Of a stretch of DNA of 64,000 nt, positions 29,148-37,189 are shown in pieces. Each line of letters opens with the position of its first letter. Position 1 is the stretch's first letter. This DNA comes from an uncultured Bacteroidia bacterium (GTDB taxonomy: Bacteria > Bacteroidota > Bacteroidia > Bacteroidales > UBA932), in NCBI GenBank assembly GCA_902779495.1, contig CACZBP010000003.1, positions 1,228-65,227 on the forward strand, written 5' to 3'. A model generated the notes under the pieces. It worked only from the letters and a program-made list of their open reading frames with translations, had not been told where the DNA came from and ran no database searches. The position numbers were made by a program, and so were the translations under genes.

Positions 29148-30335
29148 CTATGGAATTACTTCTATGTCAATTAAATAGCCATTCACGGCTATGGCCAGAC
29201 GACGCCCGTCGCGAAGCAGATACGGGTACATCAGGTTGTCCGTTGCCGTCACGGCGGCATACCGGTGGCCGTCGCGAAGGACGGCGCAGCGCGGGCTGTA
29301 GAGCCTGTCGCCGACGCTGGAGAGCGGAATCTTCGAGGCGCCCTCATATTCCCAGTCATCCCCGGGGAAGCCATACCAGAACAGGGAGGCATCCTCCATA
29401 TACAGCCACACCGACGACTCCGAACGGAACACGGCATTGCCCCTAAGGTCCCAGACGTAGAGCCGCTCCCCCGAGTCGGGAAGATGGAAATGGACCTTGA
29501 GGAATATCCGTCCGGCCTGGCTCAGAAGGCAGGCGGAGTGGATGGCCTTGGAGTCGTTCAGGTCGAAGACTATCTTACGCTTTCCGCCGGCATACACTCC
29601 CAGACGCCCGTCACGGCGAAGCGCCACGACGTAATATTCATTATCTATATACTTGACGTCCAGGACTTTATCAACTTCATCCTGAAAGGAAACCACCTCC
29701 GGAAACAGACCCCTGACTATGTAGAAGTCCCCGTCCGTGGACATATATCCAAAGGAAAAGTCCTCGTCCGTGCGGAAAAGCGCCCCCTCCGACCGAGCCG
29801 TGAAATCCTCCTCCCCGACGATGGTTCCGGAAGAACGTGAAAAGAGTTCCAGACCATCCAGCCGCAGGGAAAAACCGTCATACGAGGCTCCCTGGCCGAG
29901 GGTATATACCCCTTCCGGCGTAACAGCGAATCCCCGGAGGAACTCCCAAAGAGGGTACCGGAAGAGTTCCTCGCCATCTTTATATATAATGGTGTCAACG
30001 CCCACGAAGGCGTAGCTGTAGAGATGGCCTCCGACAAGCCGGTTGCGGTCCGTCGAGGGGACCAGGGACGTCCCCTCCCCGGCCGGGACGGAGATTATCT
30101 TTTTCTGCGAAGCGAAAACCGAAAGATGGCAGGCTGAATATTCTCCGAACATCTGCCAGGGAGCCCCTTCTGGATATTCCACGGCAAGGACATATGCAAC
30201 GGTGTCGCCTTCCGCCTGGACATACGGCTGCTCCTGCACGGGTTCCCTTTCGGTCACGCCCCACAGCCGCCCGGTGGGGTGGTCGGTAATGCGGGTGCAG
30301 GTGGACAGGAGGAGGAAAAACAGGACTTTTCTCAT
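29148..30335 (-). CDS. hypothetical exported protein (beta-rich, possible lipoprotein)
   Basis: Long ORF abutting comM; MRKVLFFLLLSTC signal; no family recognised. Confidence 0.7.
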   Translation of the reverse strand: MRKVLFFLLLSTCTRITDHPTGRLWGVTEREPVQEQPYVQAEGDTVAYVLAVEYPEGAPWQMFGEYSACHLSVFASQKKIISVPAGEGTSLVPSTDRNRLVGGHLYSYAFVGVDTIIYKDGEELFRYPLWEFLRGFAVTPEGVYTLGQGASYDGFSLRLDGLELFSRSSGTIVGEEDFTARSEGALFRTDEDFSFGYMSTDGDFYIVRGLFPEVVSFQDEVDKVLDVKYIDNEYYVVALRRDGRLGVYAGGKRKIVFDLNDSKAIHSACLLSQAGRIFLKVHFHLPDSGERLYVWDLRGNAVFRSESSVWLYMEDASLFWYGFPGDDWEYEGASKIPLSSVGDRLYSPRCAVLRDGHRYAAVTATDNLMYPYLLRDGRRLAIAVNGYLIDIEVIP

Positions 30336-30366
30336 AGTGCGAAAGCGTTTTTCCAAAGTAAGGCAT

Positions 30367-30409
30367 AAAAAGGAAGTCCCCGAAATCTTTCACCAAGAAT
30401 CGGGGACTT
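30367..30409 (-). terminator. intrinsic terminator
   Basis: AAGTCCCCGA / TCGGGGACTT stem with a T-run on the minus strand. Confidence 0.65.
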
Positions 30410-30501
30410 TCACCACAAATGTACGTTTCTTATCTTACGTACGAATATTATCAGGTTGTATTTTTTTAAGCTTAGTTTTAACCAACCTGAATATCAAGTG
30501 T

Positions 30502-31710
30502 TTACAGATTAAACCTCAAACCGGCCTCGAAGCCCATCATAAGCGGCTGCTGGGTGCGGATGCTGATCGGCTGGCCGCAGGGGAAGTAGTAGCGCAGGGA
30601 AGGGTCGAGGTAGATGGACACCAGCGGGGTGATGGCGAACTGGAATCCCAGACCCGCCGCGGCTGACCACTGGACGCCGTCGATGCCTTCGTGATGGTTG
30701 ACTATGCCGTCCGTGGTGGGGATGCGGAAGTTGCTGCTTATACCCTTCTCAAAAGCGCCGCCCGCAAAGCAATACAGGCTCACACGTTTGCCCTGGAGGA
30801 TGTTGAAATACACGTTCAGGGGGATGCCGATGTAGTGGAGGGTGTTGTGGATGTCGGTGGAGTAGGGCTCGTTCTTGTAGTAGCCCTTGAAGGTGCGCTC
30901 CATCATGGACCACTGCACGCCGGTGCCGACCGCCCAGTGCTCGGTGAAGGCGTAGCGGATGCCAAGGCCAAGGGACACGGGGACCGCATAGACCGAATTG
31001 TTGCCGGTCTGGGTGACGGGCTTAACGGTGCCGGAGGCAACGCGCTTGATGCCGCTTCCCTGCACTGCGGAGGGGTTGTTGTTGGTGAACATCTCACCGC
31101 CTATGGCAAGATCCATCCTTCCGGAGGACTTGCGGCTGTCTTCCCATTCCATCCGGGCGAAGGGGTCCTCGGTCTGGGGGGCGGAAACGCTTTCTTCAGA
31201 AGCCTTGGGCTCTGAGGAGGGCTGGGCCTGCGAGGCAGGAGCTTCCTGGCTCTGGACGGCCTGCCGGGGCTCCTCAATCTGGGCCGGAACTTCCTCAGTC
31301 TCGGAAGAGAGCTCCGGGACATCTGACACCACAGGCGCAGAAGCCTTCGGAGCCGGCCTGGAAACTACAGGGGCGGCCTTGGAAGGAAGCGCTGAAGGGA
31401 CTACCTCATCCTGTGGCACTACGGCGGGAACCGCCTCATCCACAATTATTTCCTGAGGCCCGACTTCTGCTACCAAAGCGGGTGAACCACCCTGGCGGGG
31501 CACTCCTACATACACAATCGCTGCCACTGCGGCTGCAACGGCAGGCACAAGGAACCAGGGCCAGCGGAGCCTTGCGGGCGCCGGCTTCACAGCCGGTGCT
31601 CCGAGCGCCGCCTCGCACTTCTCCCACACGCGCGGAGGAACTTCCTCCGTGGCGTTTTCCATAATCGACCGAACGTAAAGGTCGAACTCGTTATCCTTGT
31701 TGTTCTCCAT
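30502..31710 (-). CDS. anti-sigma factor with a C-terminal outer-membrane beta-barrel (dual-membrane-spanning type)
   Basis: N-terminal FD...R..M....EEVP..VW domain, one TM helix, long P/A/E/S linker, beta-barrel ending GLRFNL; overlaps the ECF sigma gene. Confidence 0.78.
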   Translation of the reverse strand: MENNKDNEFDLYVRSIMENATEEVPPRVWEKCEAALGAPAVKPAPARLRWPWFLVPAVAAAVAAIVYVGVPRQGGSPALVAEVGPQEIIVDEAVPAVVPQDEVVPSALPSKAAPVVSRPAPKASAPVVSDVPELSSETEEVPAQIEEPRQAVQSQEAPASQAQPSSEPKASEESVSAPQTEDPFARMEWEDSRKSSGRMDLAIGGEMFTNNNPSAVQGSGIKRVASGTVKPVTQTGNNSVYAVPVSLGLGIRYAFTEHWAVGTGVQWSMMERTFKGYYKNEPYSTDIHNTLHYIGIPLNVYFNILQGKRVSLYCFAGGAFEKGISSNFRIPTTDGIVNHHEGIDGVQWSAAAGLGFQFAITPLVSIYLDPSLRYYFPCGQPISIRTQQPLMMGFEAGLRFNL

Positions 31711-32284
31711 ACAATTCCGTTATCTTTTCCTGCAGTATGGTCCTTGCCCTCTGCAGCTGGGACCGGGACGTGACGTCACTTATGCCGAGGGCGTCTCCGA
31801 TCTCCTTATGGGTGTAGCCTTCAATAACATACATATTGAAGACCGTCCTGTAGCCGGCCGGGAGGTCCGCGATAAGTTTCATCAACTCCTTATAACCTAT
31901 GGTCTGGATCTGCGAGGCGCTTTCGCTCGTGACTCCCCAGGCCTCGGAGATGTCGTCGCTCAATTTGAGGGCGTCCGTCCTCCGAAGGGACATAAGGGCG
32001 GTGTTGACAAAAATCTTACGGGCCCAGCCTTCGAAAGAACCTTCCCCCGAGAATGAACCAATCTTCTGGAAAAGGGTTACGAACCCTTCCTGAAGGATGT
32101 CCTCGGCATCGTCCCTGTTTCCCATATACCTTATGCAGACGGCGAACATCTTGGGCGCCAGACTGTCATAGATACGTTTTTGGGACGCCCTGTCACCCTG
32201 CTTGCAGAGCTCGATGAGCCGCTGCTCGGGAGAGAGAGCCTCGCGGGAGTCCTTTCTTTCTGCTTCCCGGGATATAAGATGCAT
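31691..32284 (-). CDS. ECF RNA polymerase sigma-70 factor
   Basis: DAEDILQEGF, GSFEGWARKIFVN, LPAGYRTVFNMYVIEGYTHKEI...LGIS..TSRSQL.RAR; start uncertain. Confidence 0.92.
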   Translation of the reverse strand: MHLISREAERKDSREALSPEQRLIELCKQGDRASQKRIYDSLAPKMFAVCIRYMGNRDDAEDILQEGFVTLFQKIGSFSGEGSFEGWARKIFVNTALMSLRRTDALKLSDDISEAWGVTSESASQIQTIGYKELMKLIADLPAGYRTVFNMYVIEGYTHKEIGDALGISDVTSRSQLQRARTILQEKITELYGEQQG

Positions 32285-32383
32285 TTTGTCGCCTGAACGT
32301 TGCATTCGCAATATCCGATATTCCACACAATTTTCCCCAAAGTTAAGAAAAAATGTACTATTTTTGTAATGTAGATAAAACTG

Positions 32384-34036
32384 ATGAAAAGTTTAGTGTC
32401 AATATTGGCCGCCACGCTGCTGGCGTGGTCCGTGTGCCTGGCCCAGAACGGAGCCATTTCCACGGTTGCCCAGAAGTACAGTGAGGGAGATTTCGCCACC
32501 GCCCTGAAACTTGCCACATCCCTGGCCTCGCAGGAACCGGGCAACGACGCCGCGTGGTATTATGCCGCGATGGCCCGTATGGCCCTGGAGCAGAAAGGCT
32601 ACATCTTCAAGGGCGACGGGGTGGAATTTATGAAGAAGGCCATCCAGCTGGACAGCACCAACTACTGGTACCGCGACCGCCTTGCGGTGTTCTACCTTAT
32701 GCGCGGCGAAAACGAGCTCGCCACGGCGGAATATGAAAAGCTAGCCCGGGACTTCCCCCGCAAGACCGACGCCTACTACCAGCTTGTCAACCTGTACCTT
32801 CGCGAAGGCAACAATGCCAAGGCCCTGGATATGCTTGACGAAATCGACGCCCTCGCCGGAAAGACCGACCCCTCGGTAATGACCCGCTACCGCATTCTCC
32901 TCCAGCAGCAGAAGCAGGAAGACGCCCTTGCGGTGCTGAAGGAATACAGTGAGGAATATGCCTCCCCGCAGGTCCTGTCGATGCTGGGCGAACACGAGAT
33001 GGGGATGTTCAACGACTCGCTCGCCCTGGCATATTACGACGAGGCCCTCGCCCTTGACAAGGACTTCGCTCCGGCCCAGCTGGGAAAGGCCGAGGCCCTG
33101 AGGATGACCCGCCGCTATCCGGAATTCTTCCGCGCCCTGCATTCCCTTATGGACAACGAAACTGCCCAGGGAGCCGCCAAGGCCGACTATATGGTCCAGC
33201 TGATGCAGCACAGCGACCCCCATTTCCTACGCACCTTCACCCCTCAGCTCGACACCGTCTGGGACACCGCCGTTGCCAGGCACCCGCTCGACAGCGCCGT
33301 GGTCTCCGGAGCCGGCATATGGTACTACCAGACAGGCCGCCAGGACAAGTCCCTCGAGCTGTTCAGGAACTATGCCGAGGCTAATCCCGACGATGTAGGA
33401 GCCACGGTCACGAAGCTCCAGCTGCTGACCTCCCTTGGACGCTATGAAGAGGTGATCGCCGAGGCCGAAAAGGCATATGCGCGCTTCCCGCGCGAAGTGC
33501 GTCTCCTCGAGTTCGTATCTTCGGCCTCCTACAACCTCAAGGACTACGAAGCGATGATCAAGGTCTGCGACAGGATGCTCGCAGCCGCCCCGAAGGACAG
33601 CGCCATATGCATCGCCGCCCACACGATAAAAGGCGACGCCTACCACAAACTCGGCAAGGACGGCGAGTGCTACAAATCCTATAAGAAAGCCCTGAAAATC
33701 AACCCCTCATATGCCCCCGTGCTGAACAACTACGCCTACTATCTGGCCCTTTCGGGCAAGATGCTGGGCCAGGCGGCCAAGATGAGCCGCAAGGCGGTTG
33801 AACAGGAGCCCGACAACGCGACCTACCTCGACACCCTCGGCTGGATCCTCCACCTGCAGGGCAAGGACGCCGAGGCCAAGCCTATATTCAAGCACGCAAT
33901 GCTCTATGGTGGCAAGGACAGCGCAGTAATTCTCAGCCACTATGCCCGGGTGCTGGAAGTGCTCGGCGAAACCGACCTCGCCAAGGTCTACCGGACCCAG
34001 GCCCAGAACAAGGCTTCCTCAGACGAAGAAGAATGA
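32384..34036 (+). CDS. exported tetratricopeptide-repeat protein
   Basis: Signal peptide; repeated TPR patterns, LNNYAYYLA, YLDTLGWIL. Confidence 0.88.
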   Translation: MKSLVSILAATLLAWSVCLAQNGAISTVAQKYSEGDFATALKLATSLASQEPGNDAAWYYAAMARMALEQKGYIFKGDGVEFMKKAIQLDSTNYWYRDRLAVFYLMRGENELATAEYEKLARDFPRKTDAYYQLVNLYLREGNNAKALDMLDEIDALAGKTDPSVMTRYRILLQQQKQEDALAVLKEYSEEYASPQVLSMLGEHEMGMFNDSLALAYYDEALALDKDFAPAQLGKAEALRMTRRYPEFFRALHSLMDNETAQGAAKADYMVQLMQHSDPHFLRTFTPQLDTVWDTAVARHPLDSAVVSGAGIWYYQTGRQDKSLELFRNYAEANPDDVGATVTKLQLLTSLGRYEEVIAEAEKAYARFPREVRLLEFVSSASYNLKDYEAMIKVCDRMLAAAPKDSAICIAAHTIKGDAYHKLGKDGECYKSYKKALKINPSYAPVLNNYAYYLALSGKMLGQAAKMSRKAVEQEPDNATYLDTLGWILHLQGKDAEAKPIFKHAMLYGGKDSAVILSHYARVLEVLGETDLAKVYRTQAQNKASSDEEE

Positions 34037-35196
34037 AACGCCTCGCCCTCATATTGTTGCTGTCGGCCGCGCTGGTCCCCTCCCTCCTTGCCCAGAACAC
34101 CAGGGCCCAGGAGGACAAGAAGGCCAGGCTCCAGAAGGAGATAGCCATAATCGACAAGCAGCTGGCTGAGACGAAGAAGAAAAGCTCCGGCGCGATGGCG
34201 TCCCTGAGCCTGGTGCAGAAGAAGGTCAGCAACCGCAAGGAACTCATAGCCGAGAGCGACAGGGAAATCAAGGCCCTCTCCGGGAAAATATCCGCCAAGC
34301 AGAAGGAAATAGACAGGATACAGGGCCGTCTCGACACCCTGTCGGCATATTACACCCGCCTCGTGCGCAACGCCTACCGCAACCGCGACGCCAAGGTCTG
34401 GTATATGTATATCCTTGCAAGTGAGGACCTTGGACAGGCCTGGCGCCGCACCGGCTACCTGCGCGGCCTTTCCTCGCAGATGAACGTCCAGGCGGCCAGG
34501 ATCCAGAAGGCCAAGGCCGAACTCGAGGAAGAAACCGCCAAGCTCGAGCAGATAAAGGCCCAGGCCCAGAAGGTGCGCTCCGAGAGGGTGAAGGAGATGA
34601 ACTCCCTGAAGAAGGAGGAATCCCAGGCGGCCGACCTTGTCAGCAGCCTCAAGAAACAGCAGAACAAGTACCAGAAAGAGCTGGCCCAGAAGAAGAAGCA
34701 GGTGGAAGACCTCAACCGCGAGATAGAGCGCATCATCCGCTCGGCCGGCAAGGGCAAGGGCGGAAAGACAAAGCCCGTGGACGTGAAGCTGGACAAGGAG
34801 TTCTCCCAGAACAAGGGCAAGCTGCCCTGGCCTGCCGAAGGCCCCGTGACCGACAAGTTCGGCCAGCACAACCACCCCGTCTTCAAGAGCGTCAAGCTGC
34901 CGTTCAACAACGGCATCACCATAGCCGTGAATCCCGGCACGAAGGTCAAAGCCGTCTTTGACGGCGAAGTGCGCCAGATAGTCATAATGCCCGGCTACAA
35001 CAAGTGCGTCCTCGTCCAGCACGGAGGCTACTTCTCCTTCTACTGCAAGCTCGGCGCTGTCTCCGTCAAGCCTGGCGACAAAGTCAAGACCGGCGACGTC
35101 ATCGGCACGGTCGACACCATCGCCGGCGAAACCCTCCTCCACTTCCAGATCTGGAAAGGCACCGACCCCCAGAACCCCGAAAGCTGGTTGCGGTAA
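34033..35196 (+). CDS. envC: EnvC-like murein hydrolase activator (coiled coil + degenerate M23)
   Basis: Long coiled coil, KGKLPWP..G, NNGI.I (zinc ligands missing, as in EnvC), LHFQIW. Confidence 0.85.
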   Translation: MKRLALILLLSAALVPSLLAQNTRAQEDKKARLQKEIAIIDKQLAETKKKSSGAMASLSLVQKKVSNRKELIAESDREIKALSGKISAKQKEIDRIQGRLDTLSAYYTRLVRNAYRNRDAKVWYMYILASEDLGQAWRRTGYLRGLSSQMNVQAARIQKAKAELEEETAKLEQIKAQAQKVRSERVKEMNSLKKEESQAADLVSSLKKQQNKYQKELAQKKKQVEDLNREIERIIRSAGKGKGGKTKPVDVKLDKEFSQNKGKLPWPAEGPVTDKFGQHNHPVFKSVKLPFNNGITIAVNPGTKVKAVFDGEVRQIVIMPGYNKCVLVQHGGYFSFYCKLGAVSVKPGDKVKTGDVIGTVDTIAGETLLHFQIWKGTDPQNPESWLR

Positions 35197-35295
35197 TTGG
35201 GCTCACGGAATCGCCTCTGGAAGCTGCCCTGGAATGGATTGAGAACCACCCGAAAAACGGCTCATTACCAGAAGATCTGAGCCGGAATAAGCCCT

Positions 35296-36057
35296 TTAAT
35301 GTCTCAGACTGGCGTATTCATGCGACAGCTTTTCGTCGTAGCGGTTCTGGTAATAATAAGGGCCGTAGTAAAGCTTGGCGAATTCCTTCCAGTTAAGATA
35401 TTTGAGTGCTTTTAACATGTCTGCGTTGGATTTCAGGAAACCAGCAAAGAGTTTTAGCTGATCCACCTGACTTTTTTTCATTCTGTCCACGAACTCCAGC
35501 ACGGTTGCACACCCGCATGATTTATAATTGAAACCCATTATCTGGAACATGCCCCAGCTTGCGGAACAGTAGGCTGCGCGTTCATGTATTGACATGGCGT
35601 GCTTCAGACGATCCCATTCGCCGAGACCGCCGACATAATAGGATTTCGTCACTTTCCGGTAAAGAATGTCTTCGTTGCCTCTTTCATATTCTTCAGGATT
35701 CAGTCCGAGTAAGCGCAGTTGCTGCCAGAAAATATGCCCCTGAAAGAGTATCGTAGGCAGGTTTCCGCCGTTGCCATCCGGAATAAAACCGCTGATGCCG
35801 CCGGTATCCACTTTCCAGACAGCTTTCAGCGCCTCGGTATCGACGCCGAGATCATTTGCGACGCTCTCGAAATCTTCATCGGTTATTCCGAACTGCGCAC
35901 TGTTGGAGCCGTCATCGGGCAAGTTGAGCTCGCTGTATAACACGCGCTCGTAAACTTCGGCATCTTCGTCGTCATTCTTGCCGCAGGAGACCATCATCGA
36001 GGCGAGCGGGAGGCAGAGGAAGATTGTGGCTGCAATTCTATAAGCAAAGTTCTTCAT
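35296..36057 (-). CDS. DUF3380/N-acetylmuramidase-family lipoprotein, probably catalytically altered
   Basis: Lipobox MVSC; ALKAVWKVDTGG.SGF...P.ILFQGH.F, SASWGMFQIMGFN, W.EFAK.Y.GP.Y..NRYD.KL. Confidence 0.85.
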   Translation of the reverse strand: MKNFAYRIAATIFLCLPLASMMVSCGKNDDEDAEVYERVLYSELNLPDDGSNSAQFGITDEDFESVANDLGVDTEALKAVWKVDTGGISGFIPDGNGGNLPTILFQGHIFWQQLRLLGLNPEEYERGNEDILYRKVTKSYYVGGLGEWDRLKHAMSIHERAAYCSASWGMFQIMGFNYKSCGCATVLEFVDRMKKSQVDQLKLFAGFLKSNADMLKALKYLNWKEFAKLYYGPYYYQNRYDEKLSHEYASLRH

Positions 36058-36124
36058 GACAAAATGTTTTTTTCGGACGCAAGTATACAAAAAAAAGCGT
36101 ACTTTTGCAAATCGGAATGACTGA

Positions 36125-37189
36125 ATGAATCATCGGCTGTCGAAATACGGATATGTTGCGGCAATTGTTTTGCTGCTTGCAGGCTGCGGAAAGGCCCGGT
36201 ATGAGCCGGACCCTTCCGATGCGCCTTCTGGCGCTCCTCTGGTGACGGTCATTTACGATCCTCTGGCACTTGGAGACAGAAGCTATAATGATTTGATCTA
36301 TGCCGGAGTCGAACGGGCCGTGCTTTCGCGCGGGATCAGGTCCATGCAGCTTTCGCCGGCCACGGAAGAAGAGGGACTGGCGGCTCTGGAGTTCTATTTC
36401 GGGCAGATGCGCACGCAGCACGACACGGTACGTCGCCTTCTGATTGTCGCCGGCGCAAGTTATGATGAGTATCTGCGCCGGAACAGCAGTGAGCTTGAAG
36501 GCAATCCGCTCTCCGACTTGCTGTATCTGGAAACGGCAGAGCCTCTTGCCGGAAAAGGTTCCACCGTTTGTCTTCCATATTACGGCGCCATGTATGAGGC
36601 TGGAGCGGTGGCCCGTTCTTACTCCGGCAAGACGCTCCTCGTGGCCGCGAATCCGTTCAATCCGGTCATACAGGAATCAGTCAAAGGCTTTACCGAAGGG
36701 TTTAACGCAGACTACACTACGGCGGAGAGCGATGCAGAGCTGCGGCTGGAATGGCTTTCGGATGAATCCGGAGGGGGATTTGCTATTGAAGACGAACAAG
36801 CCATGGGCATCGTTTATGGCAGTGAGTTGTTTGCCTTCGAGAATCTTGTATTTCCGGTTTGCGGCGGTGCTGCCGGGGCGTTCCATCGCTTGAGCAATTT
36901 GTTCGGAGGATTCGATTATATCGGGATAGATGCGGTGAGCGTTTCTCCTCATTGCGCGTTTTCTGTTGTAAAGCATATTGACAGGGCTGTGGATATTTGC
37001 ATAGGGCAGTGGCTATCCTCCGAAGGAATGCCGAAGCATCAGACGCTGTCCTTTGCGGACGGCTGGACAGAGGTGGTGCTGCACCCCTATACCGAGATGC
37101 AGCAATACTGGGCGGAAAGCGTCCTGACCCCTCAGGCACTTGGGGAGATCCACGAAGATGCCATGAAAAAGGAGGCGGGTTATGAGTAG
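36125..37189 (+). CDS. BMP/PnrA-like substrate-binding lipoprotein
   Basis: Lipobox LAGC; LGDRSYND.IYAGV, F..GF, FPVCGG, IGID, FSVVKHID. Confidence 0.75.
   Translation: MNHRLSKYGYVAAIVLLLAGCGKARYEPDPSDAPSGAPLVTVIYDPLALGDRSYNDLIYAGVERAVLSRGIRSMQLSPATEEEGLAALEFYFGQMRTQHDTVRRLLIVAGASYDEYLRRNSSELEGNPLSDLLYLETAEPLAGKGSTVCLPYYGAMYEAGAVARSYSGKTLLVAANPFNPVIQESVKGFTEGFNADYTTAESDAELRLEWLSDESGGGFAIEDEQAMGIVYGSELFAFENLVFPVCGGAAGAFHRLSNLFGGFDYIGIDAVSVSPHCAFSVVKHIDRAVDICIGQWLSSEGMPKHQTLSFADGWTEVVLHPYTEMQQYWAESVLTPQALGEIHEDAMKKEAGYE

Noticed and set aside
35197-35300. Possible C-terminal gene remnant (ESPLEAALEWIENHPK) at the left edge of the island
   Set aside because: Too short to assign without a search; no start codon or att repeat could be identified.
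35296-36057. Prophage inferred from the endolysin-like gene
   Set aside because: No holin, structural, integrase or replication genes nearby, and the protein has a lipoprotein signal.
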